A DNA stretch of 34,803 nucleotides, from NCBI RefSeq assembly GCF_001194135.2, contig NC_068983.1, positions 135,441,859 through 135,476,661 of the forward strand, written 5' to 3'. The notes under the pieces were generated by a model, which searched no databases, was not told the origin of the DNA, and worked only from the letters and a program-made list of their open reading frames with translations. Positions 12,020 through 24,232 of the stretch are shown one piece after another. Origin of the DNA: Octopus bimaculoides. Taxonomy: Eukaryota. Positions within the stretch are counted from its first letter, which is position 1. Every line of letters begins with the position of its first letter. The position numbers and the translations under genes are program-made.

Positions 12020-12390
12020 GATCAAATAAACAACCTACTCACTGAATTAGTATGCAAACTATATGGAACATACACCAACCAGCTCAGAAAGATACAGAAC
12101 ATCAGTTGGAGATCACACTCAACACTTAGTAACATCTACAGAAATCTGATATCAATATCCCTCAAGCTAAAGCAGAAATGGCTACAATTTGATGGCCACT
12201 GTCATCGAGCAGAGAAAGAGGTTATCTCATCCCTGCTCCTATGGTATTCCTATGGAAGTGTTTTCTCCAGGAAACTGGCATTTTCAAATACTATATTTTG
12301 GGACTCAAGGCTAGATATTAAAGATCTGAACACAGCAATGCAGGACCATGTAGTATGGGATTGTCAATGGCATTCCGACCAAGCATAGGT
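12020..12390 (+). mobile_element. RTE-clade LINE ORF C-terminal relic
   Basis: LYGTYTNQLRKIQNISWRSHSTL..IY.NL..IS..LKQKWLQFDGHCHRA...SLLLW...AMQDHVVW matches the RTE post-RT region (L.GTYTRLLR..N.SW..H...RRL.F.GHC.R...W). Confidence 0.7.
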
Positions 12391-13236
12391 TGATTGAAGG
12401 ATGATGATAAGTATGCAAAATGGCTGAGTATCCCACAGACATGCAGATTTCATTAGCTTTTGTTCCTTTTGGGATTTGGCAAGCAATAGACTGCTCTGGA
12501 ATATCTTTCCAATGCAACCATAAGACTCAAGGAAACAAATTTAGCTTCTTTCCAAACCCTAATATCATAGTAGACTGCCCTCTGCTCCACAGTGAGTTTG
12601 TGTTCACTGTTATTTACAGATACTGTTCACATTATATGAAGTGTCTTAAAATTTCTGTAGCTAGACTTTTGCCTTCAGTGTAGTTAGGTCAAGGGAGATC
12701 ATATTTTTGAAATCCTTGACCATTTATGCCTTTGAGCTTGTCAATGAAATCTACATGATAGATTTCATTCTGTTTTCATACTGAGGTGCATCTGTTGAGC
12801 TTGATGCTTGAAATCTTTGACAAAGTCATCATGATACTTGAGCCAAAGCTGAAACAAGATTGGCTGGTTCATAATGTTCTAACAGGATGGTGAAAGGAAA
12901 GATAGGATGGTTGAAATACAGAAACTTTTATGTTGCATTCCATCGTGACCATTCTCCAGCAATCTAAATATAAACATGTTTCTCTGTGGATGATCTAAAT
13001 TTTGCCAGGTACTTTTCATCAATCTTGAAATGAACTTGAACCTCACACTTTAAAGAGAAGGGATTTTGAACAATGCATTCATTGTTTATGGTATACTCCC
13101 TTCCAATGGTGCAATAAAAAAAGGGTACCTTACTTTTTTTGTCTCCATTGCATCTTGTTCCTGATGGTACAGCAATGTTTTTGCAAAGCTATCATACTTG
13201 CAGAGCTTAAATCTATAAGTGTATTGTCCCTTAGAC

Positions 13237-13502
13237 CAGGGGTTTTCAAACTTTTTGACTTGCGGACCCCTTTATATTTCAGACTTTACCTTATAAACGC
13301 TTACGAAATTTATACATAAATATTTGCTTAAAATAACATATATTTTTACATTTATTTATTTAACAGTATTTAACAAATAGGTTTATTGCCAATTAAAAGA
13401 TTTCGATTAAAAAACACATATAAAGTCAAATTGCCCATAAAAAGTATTTGCTGTCCACGGACCCCCTGTCTTATCGTTGCGGACACAGTTTGAAAACCCC
13501 TG
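13237..13502. mobile_element. hAT-superfamily MITE, 266 bp, perfect 16-bp TIRs and 8-bp TSD
   Basis: TIR CAGGGGTTTTCAAACT / AGTTTGAAAACCCCTG. TSD CCTTAGAC at 13229-13236 and 13503-13510. Confidence 0.92.
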
Positions 13503-13674
13503 CCTTAGACAATGCTTGCTGTACAGCAGTCATTTGAGTGAAGTAAACCTGGCCATTTTCCAAGTGGACAGCAAGTTGTTGAATCCTGATACACCTTCAA
13601 GTAGGGAAGACAAAAAAGTACCAGAAAGCCTCATTGTTGCTAATCCCTTGATGGAATTCACCATAATTCCTCTT

Positions 13675-14150
13675 CTTCATCGTTGAATGTCCACCTTCCA
13701 TGCTAGCATGGGTGGGATGGTGTCACGAGAGCCGGCCAGGCAGAAGCCTGCACCAGATTTCTGTGACTGTTTTGGTAGGATTTCTACAGCTGGATGCTCT
13801 TCCTAACACCAACCACTCAGCAGAGTGGACTTAGTGCTTTTTACATGGCACAAGCACAGATGAGATCAGTTTTGGCAAGATTTTTATAGCTGGATGCCCT
13901 TCCGAACACCAACCACTTTACAGTGTGGACTGGGTGCTTTTAAGTGGCACTTGCACTGAAAGAGTCATCAAGTACTTGCAAGAAAAAAAAAAAAACTTTC
14001 AAGAGAGAAGGAGGCATTGGAGGAGGTGATCTTGTGTTGGATGATGAAAGGTTATAGGTGTCTTGCTGTAGAGGAAGTATAAGGTTACCTGACTGAAGGG
14101 AGAGAGAGATCAGGAATGAAGACAGAAACAGGTGCACTACCACAAAGGAA
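13675..14150 (-). repeat. (ATG)n-tail family repeat, extended form, reverse orientation
   Basis: Reverse complement similarity to 4700-5150, including the gcattggaggaggtgatctt / aagatcacctccaatgc segment and a duplicated ctggatgc.cttcc.aacaccaaccact block. Confidence 0.75.
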
Positions 14151-14331
14151 ATACACAGTTACCCAACCTCAAGGAAATGCAGGAGAAGGAGATTATTATT
14201 AATACTTCTTTTTGACACAGTTGAGCTTGAAATCTGTGAGTTCTTTAGTCATATACTCATAATATACAAACAAAAATTTAACTATTACTACTCCTGCTAC
14301 TTTACCATTAATAACAATAATCTTAATAATA

Positions 14332-14582
14332 TCAGGTCATCTCATAAGTTCTGTCCGAATTTTGAATAAAGAAAACAAGTGATCAAATGTTATATTTAAT
14401 TGAAATTTAATGATCAATGTACCTTCCCTGATTATCTATGACTTCCTTCCATCTATTTACAAGCTTTTTAATCCCATTAATGTAAAACTCTTTTGGTTTC
14501 AAAGCGAAGAACTCTGAAATGTCAGTTTCGACCTCCTCCTGGCTTGCGAAAATTATGTCCCCCCAAATGATTCTGTAAACTA
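14332..14582 (-). mobile_element. Second, 5'-truncated copy of the mariner at 8151 (TIR plus transposase C-terminus)
   Basis: TA|TCAGGTCATCTCATAAGTTCTGTCC...gattctgtaaac is colinear with, and highly similar to, 8151-~8400. Confidence 0.9.
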
Positions 14583-14589
14583 CCTTTAA

Positions 14590-14810
14590 CCCTTTAGCAT
14601 TTGGATTATTCTGTTAAATATAATGCTTATTTATTCACATTATTTTGAATTAATCATGCATTATCTTGTAGCTTTCAGATTTCAGCAACGTTACTGTTTA
14701 TATTTAGAATGACAAATGCTGGGTAGATGTGAGAGGCTGGATCTGGCCAGTTTGAACATAAAATAGGAAGAATATTTGGGCCAGATACAGCTGGATTAAA
14801 TGCTAATGAG
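14590..14810. mobile_element. piggyBac-type MITE (TTAA-flanked, 221 bp)
   Basis: TTAA (14586-14589)|CCCTTTAGCATT ... AATGCTAATGAG|TTAA (14811-14814). The 12-bp TIRs have 2 mismatches. Confidence 0.7.
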
Positions 14811-16699
14811 TTAATGTATCATGCTTGCCATCATGCAGCTATTAAAGCTAAAGAATAAGGCTGCAGTCATTGAGCAACACACTACTTGGCCAAGTAAATA
14901 GTATGTGTAATGGCACTTATTTAGTTATTCAAAAAATTAGAATGAAAGTTATTAAACGAAAAGAAAGTGTCCTTGGCACAGGAATTATATGTTTATTCCA
15001 ATAGTTGACCTTTCTTCTGAAGGTGACAAGTTTGCATTTACACAAATAAGAAAATGGTACCCAATTAAATAACAACGGTAATGACAATAAGTATATTACA
15101 AAGACAAACATTTTAAAAAAATTGCACTGATTTACCAAAAGTCAGTATCCATACATGGTGAAATATATGTTGCTTATCTAGGGTATCAGAAAGGTTTCTT
15201 TTAGGTTTGGATATATTCATAGTATGAAAAAAAAAAAAAAAAAAAATTTGTGTACAAAGAAGTTTTAAAATAAGAATATATAGTTTTAGTTTAAAACAGC
15301 ATTTTCTGTATGCAGGAAATTAGGTCACAAATTTTAAAATAAACAAAATATTTTTTAAAGATAAACTTAATACACACACATACACACATCCATCCAGCAA
15401 CAGCTGCTACTACTATCAATTTAAACTTCCATTTTTCCATATTTGTATGGGTCAGGTGAAATTTATCAAGGCAAATTTTCAATGAGTAGAGACCTTCCTG
15501 TCACTAACATTCACCTGTTTCTAAACAAGGTAATATTTTACCAAGGCTGGACATGTTTTCATAAAAGATTGGAAGTAAATGACACTGCTTGTATGACAGT
15601 GATGCTTGCTTATAACTTTAATCCAATGTCAAGATAAGGATTCACAAATACACATATATATACATATAAGTATATGACAAGCTTCTTTCAGTTTCCATCA
15701 ATCAAATTCAATCACAAGGCTTTGGTTAGCCCAAAGCCTTCTAGTAGCAGAAGCCTGAACTACAAAGGGCTTGTCCCACAGAGAATGTTTCCGGTTACTT
15801 TTGGGTACCTCCTTGTATAAACCATTTGTGAGGCAGTTGTACACTTGCTGGTCTTTAAATGCCAAACTGTTGCTGTATATGTTTCTGATGCAATAGAAGT
15901 GTTTGGATTTGACAGTACCTCCCATTCCTTTTGTATTTCTCTCTTTTATGCCAAAGGTTGAAACAAGAGTTTTGTAAATATTCCCCATATCTATCATACT
16001 ATATTATTCCAGTTTCAAAGAGTAAACATGTAACTTATTCCCAGCAATTAAGGTCTTTGATTTTACAAAAAGCATTCACCAAAGAAATTTAAAGTAATTT
16101 CTACAGCCGATAAGTAAAACCTCGGCTGTTAAGAGACAGAGCTGAGCAGTAGTCCAACCAATTCAACCGAAATATAGAATTCCCAGAGTGGAAAGAAAAA
16201 GGAGGCTGAACTAGAAAGAAGAAATATGAGAGTTAAGAAAAAAGCAGAAAAAGAAAACAAGGTAGAAACAGCAACAGTGGTTGAGACAGTCAATAGAGAG
16301 AAATCAAAGAATAGAACTTAAGTAGAAAGAGACACAAATAGAATGATAGCTAGATTTAGATATGTTTGGACAACTGATAAATATATAACAGATTGGTTGC
16401 TAGGAACCACAAAACATCATATGACAGGTAAAGCTCACAAGAGACATTAAATCTAAAGGTCAAAGTTCACATGTACTATGGATAAACACTTCAATTTCAA
16501 ATAAGAAACTGACAAGCAGTGCTTGTTGGAAGAGTATGAGTAATGATGACAGTAGAAGGAACTTTTTGACAAAAGACAAAATAGCTGTGTGGTTTTAAGA
16601 AATTTTAAACCAGGATTCTAGGTTTGATCCCATTACACTGCACCTTGAGCTAAACTTCTGAACAGAGTTTGGTAGACAGAAACTTTGCAGAATTGTGTT

Positions 16700-16935
16700 A
16701 TGTATATACACTTTTTTTATCTTTTATTTGTTCCAGTCACCAAACTGTGGCCATGCTGGAGTACTACTTTGATGGATTTAGTCAAACAAATTGACCCCAG
16801 TGTTTATTTTTTTAAAAGCCTGGTACTTATTCTATCAGTTTCTTTTGCTGACCTGCTAAGTTACAAAGATGTAAACAAACCATCACTGGCTGTCAAGTGC
16901 TGCTGGAGGGACAAACACACAGATATATACATTTA
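16700..16935 (-). repeat. SINE-like repeat of a second family (reverse orientation)
   Basis: ctgtggccatgctggag...attgaccccag...ctggtacttattctatc...ttttgctga.c.gctaagttac. Plus-orientation remnants lie near 17870-17960 and 29545-29585. Confidence 0.55.
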
Positions 16936-18402
16936 CACAAACCACAGTCTTCTTTCAGTTTCCATCTACCAAATCCACCCATAAGACTTTGCTTGGCCTA
17001 GGGCTGTAGTAGAGCTGAACACAAGATCACATGGTTACAAAGCTAGCTACAGGAAAATTCATTCTTCTGACTTCCCCGGGAAAAGTGATGTGAGCACAGA
17101 AACAAAATTTTGTCATATGTGAGAATTGTAAAATATTTTCTTTACTATGGTGTGTCAGATATTTCACTGTTTTATTTCTTAACAAGATACTAATGTAGTA
17201 AGCTAAAATCATTGATAAATTACTTATAACTAGTGAGACCTGTGAATATTTCATGGAATTAATGGTAAATTTAATGGGTTATTTCTGAAAACTTTATCCA
17301 AAAAAACCTGAAAGCATAGCCTATGTTGCGTCTGTATGGAAAGATAGTCGCTCATCTGATAGGTGATGTAAAAAAACATAGTTCAATTAAAAAAAAAATA
17401 CCCTTTTCACTATCTAATCACCACCACCACTTCCAACTCCATCTCCACCACCTCTCTCTCTGCCTTTTTTTAACCTCATCATCAGAACATCACCCCTCTG
17501 CTAAAATCATTACATTCCCCCTACCTCACCTCATGGATGCTTCTCTCTCTCTTTTTCTGTCTCACTCTTCGCTTTATCCTCTTTTTCTGTTTCCTTTTTC
17601 TTTCTCTTCAACTAATCATGTGAAAGCATTACAATTACATTCCCTCTACCTCATGTCATGGACATTTCTCTTTCTCTCCCTTTTTCTCTAATCATGTGAA
17701 AGCGTTATGAACGGGCTAAGTAATGTTAGTTAAGATTAGTTAAGGTGCACTCTAGTGTGTTTTATAATCATACACACATGCATGTGTGTATGTTTGTATA
17801 TACCAATGTAAGACAGCACGTATCCCTTTACATCAAAAGGTAACTCAGACACTCAATAAACAAAAACTGATAAAATAAATATTAGGGTGAGTATGATTGA
17901 CCAAAACCATTGAAAGCAAGACTTTAGCTTGGCAACAGTCAAATGGCTGAGTGTAGTAAAAGACTCATCATCATCACTATAGCCTCATCAAAGACTGGCC
18001 TATGAATGTGTTCTGGTCACATTCTTAGCAATAGTATTCTGCTAATTCCTCCTTCAAGTCTTCCTGTAACTGCCATTGTGCTATTTGGTGTGCAAGAAAT
18101 ACTTTTTTTTTTACGTCAGTAAAGAAGACATTGCAAGTGAGATGTGTTGATTGTCTCAAACAACTAGAACATACAGCAAGTTTAAAGAGAAAGTTAAGGT
18201 GACAGATAATTATAGTCAACATTATTGATTCTAGTACCTGAACTGGTTAGACAGAAACTAGAGTTATAGAGAAATATGAAATTCTCAGTATGGAATATAA
18301 AATACAAAACTATTAGTTTCATATTTCATTTCACTAATGAAACTAATTTACTAAAGAAATTAAGTGTAGACAAATGACTCGTTAAGAGAACTAGGTGTTG
18401 AC

Positions 18403-18905
18403 CAGGGTTGGCCAACCTGAGGCCCACAGATTTTTTTTTTGTGGCCCACTTGATACTTTCTTGAAATGGGTTTATTTAAACAAACATTTTAAAAATTTTA
18501 TCAAAAATTGAAGATTGTGATGAAAAGTAAAAAAGAACACCATTTTGAGCATGGCCATTGCCAGTACCGCCTGACTGGCCTTCGTGCCGGTGGGATGTAA
18601 AAGCACCCACTACACTCTCGGAGTGGTTGACATTAGGAAGGGAAAATCAGATTGGAGCCTGGTGTAGACATCTGGCTCACCAGTCCTCAGTCAAATTGTC
18701 CAACCCATGCTAGCATGGAAAGTGGACGTTAAATGATGATGATGACTACTGTTTTTGCAACGATAATATTTCATGTTGAATCAACAATCATTCATTCGTT
18801 ATTGTAATAATAGCATGAGAATAAGTCCATAAAGTATACATGCGGCCCTAAAAGACTTTCTGTGATTAAAGTAGCCTGCAATGTAATTCGAGTTGGCTAG
18901 GCCTG
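18403..18905. mobile_element. hAT-type MITE carrying a nested (ATG)n-tailed repeat (~18550-18745)
   Basis: Termini CAGGGTTGGCCAAC / GTTGGCTAGGCCTG. The 8-bp flanks GTGTTGAC (18395-18402) and GTGTAGAC (18906-18913) match at 7/8. Confidence 0.7.
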
Positions 18906-18929
18906 GTGTAGACAAATACCTTGTGAGCT

Positions 18930-20895
18930 GTATAAACTATGTACAAAGGTGTAGTAGGTAAAGCGAGTCAACATTGTGTTTAGTGACAAATTTAGCATAA
19001 TGGCAGGAGTCTATCAAGGCTTAGTCCTCAGTCCTCTCCTCATAGTCCTACTGTTTATCAGAAAGGAGTTTAACATTGGCTGCCATAGGAACTCCCATGT
19101 GCTGATGGTCTAGTTCTCATAACTGAATCTATAGTGAAATTTAGAATCAAGAGGCCTCAAGGTGTTAGAGATATTATTATGTAAGAAAGAAGACAAGACC
19201 TTGGTATTTGCAAGGAAATGGCTTTGCTTCATATGCAGAAAAAGAGTAGGTATAAATTCTATATACTGAACACAATGTAAATTATGGACACACAAAAAAC
19301 GTAGTGGAATCACAGGTAGGCCAGTAAAGAAAGTAAGCTTTGTACGTGGCAGATGCACTGAAGCAATACATATTAGAAGCACACAAAAAATAGATTTACT
19401 TATATGCCAGGTTGTCTCATTAGAAGTGGTTCATAACTCCTGTTATCTAGGAGACATAATTAGCAGGGAAGATAGTTATACAGAAAGTATGTATTGTAGC
19501 CACAGTAAAAATGGTTGGAAAAAGTTCAAGGACTTATTACCACTGCTGGAAATAAAGGCCTTTTACTTCAGAGTAAAGGATAGAATGTGTGACACCTACG
19601 TTAGAACAGCAATGTTACATGATAGCAAAATATAGGCTTAGAATGAAGAAGACTTGTAAAGACTAGAAAGAAATGAAACCAGCATGTTTTGATGGGTATG
19701 AATGTTAGTGTGTATGGACACTAGAGTACAAATAAGCTACATGAAAAACTGGGTATAAGATTGAGTATTGTGTGCAAGAGAGGAGGGTGCACAGGTACAG
19801 GCATGTAATGTATATTGGGGAGATAACAAAGGACTATGCTAGGCTACAAAAGAACCATTCACCCATGACAAAACTGCCTTCTCACTTTATATTCCTCATG
19901 CTGAACTTCATGTATCTATTACTCACTCCCCACTTCATGACTTCCATTTATTCATCACTCCTAGCTCTCTATCTCTTATCTTGCCACAACCTGTACAGAC
20001 TGCATCAGCCACTTTACTTCATTCTGACACCCCTATTCTTCTCTCAGTCAATATATAAGAGACTGCATTGAAAAGTCAGAGACTACCCACCCTATACACT
20101 CTAGCTTCACCTTGCTGTACTACAGCCAGCAGCACTCTCACTCCTCTGGGTTACCTCTATTGTCACTTAACTCCAATTCTTGCCTTTATCTCACCATCTA
20201 CACTTACCTTTGTTCACCCTATCTATTGCCAATAATACTGCTTTACTGACTCTACCCTCTAACATCTCTTTGTCTTTCCCAGTATACTCTTGACCTTTCC
20301 ATTCTTACATCCACTCCAACCCTTCTGATGTCTTGCTCCTCTTCTCTCTCCTATGTTCTTCTTAGACCACTTGAGCAAATGAACACATCCTGGGCTATTA
20401 GATATTCTCTACACTTACAGTCCTATAACCTCCTCTCAATCACCCATTTCTGACCTTTCTGCTGTCATTGCACCCTTTCCTATCTCCTTAGGTTACTGAG
20501 TACTCTAGTGCAGGTGCTATAAGAAAATGCACCCAATACACTCTGCAAAGTAGCTGGTGACAGAAACCAAGCCAAATGACACATACAAGCACCAGTCTTT
20601 AGTAGTAGTGGCTCTCATAAGAAATGATTCAAACAGTGAAGACCACTCAGTCAACCCATACCAGAATGGAAAGAGGACATAAAATGATAATGGGGCTTCG
20701 TGCTGGTGGCACGTAAAAGCACCCACTAGACTCTCGGAGTGGTTGGCGTTAAGAAGGGTATCCAGCTGTAGAAACTCTGCCAAATCAGATTGGAGCCTGG
20801 TGTAGCCATCTGGTTTCACCAGTCCTCAGTCAAATCGTCCAACCCATGCTAGCATGGAAAGTGGACGTTAAACGACGATGATGATGATGATGGTG
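18930..20895 (+). mobile_element. 5'-truncated, decayed RTE-clade LINE: RT core, C-terminus, pyrimidine-rich 3' UTR and (ATG)n tail
   Basis: Broken frames give GVYQGLVLSPLL, (Y)ADGLV, RGLKV..., LEVVHNSCYLGDIIS, WKKFKDLLPLL, YVRTAMLH and VQERR.HRYRHV. A C/T-rich tract follows (19860-20500), then the family core and tail ending ~20893. Confidence 0.8.
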
Positions 20896-22259
20896 AATAA
20901 GCTCCTCTTCTGATATAATAACAAGATATTTTAGTGAAACAGTCAATGCTATACAAGTGAGAAGATTAGATGGATTATAGCTTGATAAGTCAGAGTCCCT
21001 ACTGCAGTTACTGTGACAAATTTGTACATGCCACATTGAACCTTTATTTACATATTGTATGTTACCTGGTAAATAAAGATGTTCTTTATCAAACTATTTA
21101 TTGTTATATCTTACATCACAACAATGGTGTCATTGGCAAGCTCTGAATTGGTACTGACTGATCTTGAACTTGTTGAAACATGGTTAAGATGCATTACAGC
21201 AACCTTGAGAGCAAAGAAATCAAATGATAGTAAGGAGTGTGGTGGTATCAAGGAGATAATTATTAAAGATCAGTAGGTAGGCTACTAGTAAAGTGTTACT
21301 AATGGTTTATCTGAAGTAGCTGATGGATGTGTTTCAATGAATAGAGGAAATGATAGTGTATAATGTGAATCTAAAATAGAAGTTTATCACTGACAGTCAA
21401 AATAGGTTTATATCTCTGTGTCAAAAATCCTTTTAAAGTTTTGGCATCAACTTTGTAACAGGCTTTGATATTGTGAGTCCAGTAAACCTGGTCAAATTGA
21501 ATAAAGAACTGAAGATGATTTAATACAAATGAGACTTATTGAGAGCTTACCTGTATCATATATCTCAAAGATCAAGAATATTGAAATAACTGTATTTGGG
21601 AAATATGTCCTTGACACATGAAATTCACACTACAGGAATTGATATTGCATTCTAAGAATTAATATTTATCATAAAGTAGAGATAGAGTTTCCAATGATTA
21701 TCACTTGAGCAAAATGAATAAATTTTCTCAATACAAATTTTATGGTTATCAACATGCAAAATAAATAAAGAGAAAAATCCTGCATTCGGGAAGATAGATA
21801 AATTGCACGACAAAAAAAAAAAAAAAAAATCTACACTCAAAGTTTTGGAGTGTTAAAAAGGAAAGTAAGGAATATGTTCAGCAAATTGATGATAAAAACT
21901 CTGACACTAAAACAGATGTAGTGACACTACAAGATGAAGAAAAATCTTTCCATCCTAGCTGAAGCTAAAACTGAATAATTTCAGTTTGGATCTGCAAGTA
22001 AATACTTGTAGTTGTTACTTTAATTGTGAGGAACTTTTAAGATAACCAAACTTCTTAAAGGATTTGAACTTGAAATGTAAAAGGCTATAACCAAATACAG
22101 TATTATTGTGTTCCAAGTTCTAACGAGTCTACCTATCCACCGTGTCACTTCTTTTTACAAGTCGGAGCTGTTGACAAATAAATTAACATAAAATGCTTGA
22201 AGAATGAAGGTGGTCTGCAATAATGAAGTTATGTATTTAATCCAACACTCAACATAGAT

Positions 22260-22930
22260 GCCTAGGTGGTCGTTTGACTTTGATCTGCTAGAAATAGAAA
22301 CAAAATCACACCTTACAATCCTAACGTAGTCCCAAGTACCCCTATAAAGTCGGGGTAATTATGGATGAAATTCTTCTGGTAATGGGTCTGTTCGATCATG
22401 GTTAATAAAGAACTACTACAGTAGGAAAAACTAAACAAAAACAAAACGTATAGTTGCAACAAAAAAGTGTCTTTTTGTCCCCCTGTTCATCAAAGATACT
22501 GACAACAATAACTGTAAATTGAGTTAAGTCAACGAAGGAGCCTCTGAGCGATCGTTCAAAGCGATGGAAATAGTAACCAATTTCCCCTCAAATCATACAC
22601 TATTGTCTTACAAAATGACACTTTGGATATGGTCTTGGGTTCCCCGTATATAGGGAAAAGATGGGATAGTCACGGGTGGAATGTTTTTAATCACAGGATT
22701 GTTTGATAAGTGCTATCCAGTGTCTAAACGACAACTTCTATATATCGGACCGTCGAAGAAGCCTCTACATGGTTCCTTACCCTGCTAGAAATAGCAAATC
22801 TCCTTAAATAGTACATCACGGTCTTAAAACAAGGATATTTGGATACTTTCGACAATGTAGTCATTTATAACACACCCCTCTAAAAAGACAGAATAGCCAT
22901 GAATGGAATACTTTGATGATAGGTCTGTGT
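22260..22930 (+). repeat. Three degenerate ~200-250-bp units of an interspersed repeat
   Basis: The motif (c)tgctagaaatag..aaat..cc.t.aaat.a.ac....gtctta.aa recurs at ~22282, ~22565 and ~22779. Confidence 0.55.
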
Positions 22931-23164
22931 AATCAGTGCTGACATAAGATTAAACTAGTATAGATCTTAAAGAATTATGAATGTTTGTTTGTAAACAAAT
23001 AAACGCTTATCGCATTATACAACAAAGCTAGTGTCGTTATTTATTCACGTACGTTGCATTCTGTGTTTATATTTTATGAATTAATCACGACCTGTTTTTT
23101 TGTGTACATTTTTTTTACTTCTTTTGTGTAGTGCTATCTGTTATTAAAACATTCTTTATCGTCT

Positions 23165-23201
<37 letters not shown>

Positions 23202-24232
23202 CTTTATATTATAACACCAACTGACTTCAAACGAATTACATGATATCGCATGACAAGAATATCGAGACAAGTGGCAGCGTGTTCTGCTGCTCCCACTATG
23301 TTTACCATTGCATCTCAGAGAGGCAAATAATGGAATACGTGAAGTGACCGACCATTTCTAATCACCTTGGCACTCAGTTGGTAGCAGTTAGTTCTACAGA
23401 ATATTTACACCAATTATCAGAGTTAGAAGAACAATCGAAGAAATAAAAGACTATTATGTAATATATAAACAACGTGCTAATGTTAACATATTCTGTGTTA
23501 TAAACTGACATTTACCTAAATCGTGGAATTATTTAAATCTAATCAGCGAAAAGATAATGATCATACTGAATATTTAACGAAAATATACGCAATTCACACC
23601 GAATGAAATTACTAAGGTAACAAGCATGTTCACAACAACAGTATTTTATCAATGGAATCGCAAGTTTTATAGCTCTGCTAGCTAAAACATGTTCATTGAA
23701 TAGTTAATATTTGTTCAGTTCTATGTATTTTGATATAACAACTATAATAGTAATAACAACTGTTGTTGTTACTACCAACTCGACAAAATAAATATTCTGA
23801 GGCAGCATCGAACAAATTCTGTTTTGAGGTTAAGAATACATTCCATGAAAAAGCTCGACATACACATGCTCACGATGTTGTCAGCGAGGCATTGTCAGAG
23901 CTAATAGTATACGGTGGAGGAATGGAGGCATAACTGAAAGAGCCGGTTCTTTTCGTGAGTTGACAACTTTTATTTACTAATCATTTACAACCGAATTTTA
24001 TAAACAATTATAATCCTTATTCCTAGTAGAACGTCACGGTGGATATAAACTGTTTCAAGCTAGAATCTATACAAAACTACCACAATAATATGGGAATCCA
24101 ACATGTCTGACTCTCGTTGATTTCTCCCTCCACGACTACTGATAAAAACAAAGAATTCGTTTTGGAAGATAACGACTGAAACAATAACAACAACAGAGTA
24201 TTGAGTATTGCATAATTATGATTCCATCTTAC

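Noticed and set aside
15698-15997. 99-aa minus-strand ORF with a faint resemblance to a restriction-like-endonuclease LINE C-terminus (LWDK...)
   Set aside because: Its 3' part overlaps a SINE fragment (~15680-15760), and no diagnostic CCHC or PD-(D/E)xK motif is visible.
16177-16321. Lys/Glu-rich open frame on the plus strand (NSQSGKKKEAELERR...)
   Set aside because: It is purine-rich low-complexity DNA with a weak acceptor and no partner exons or homology.
17323-17691. 122-aa His/Leu/Ser/Phe-rich ORF (and similar 19772..20071)
   Set aside because: It is a translation of low-complexity C/T-rich sequence with no domain or splice support.
21066-21370. AG...GT-bounded, Ser/Thr-rich minus-strand segment that could be an extra THAP-gene exon
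   Set aside because: The phase-compatible frame has four stops, and inclusion would break the THAP domain. At most a non-coding or poison exon, with no support.
21551-21589. 39-nt phase 1-1 candidate cassette exon with a strong CAG|GTAAGC donor
   Set aside because: The acceptor is weak, and it would insert a hydrophobic peptide inside the THAP fold. Such sites arise by chance in a 20-kb intron.
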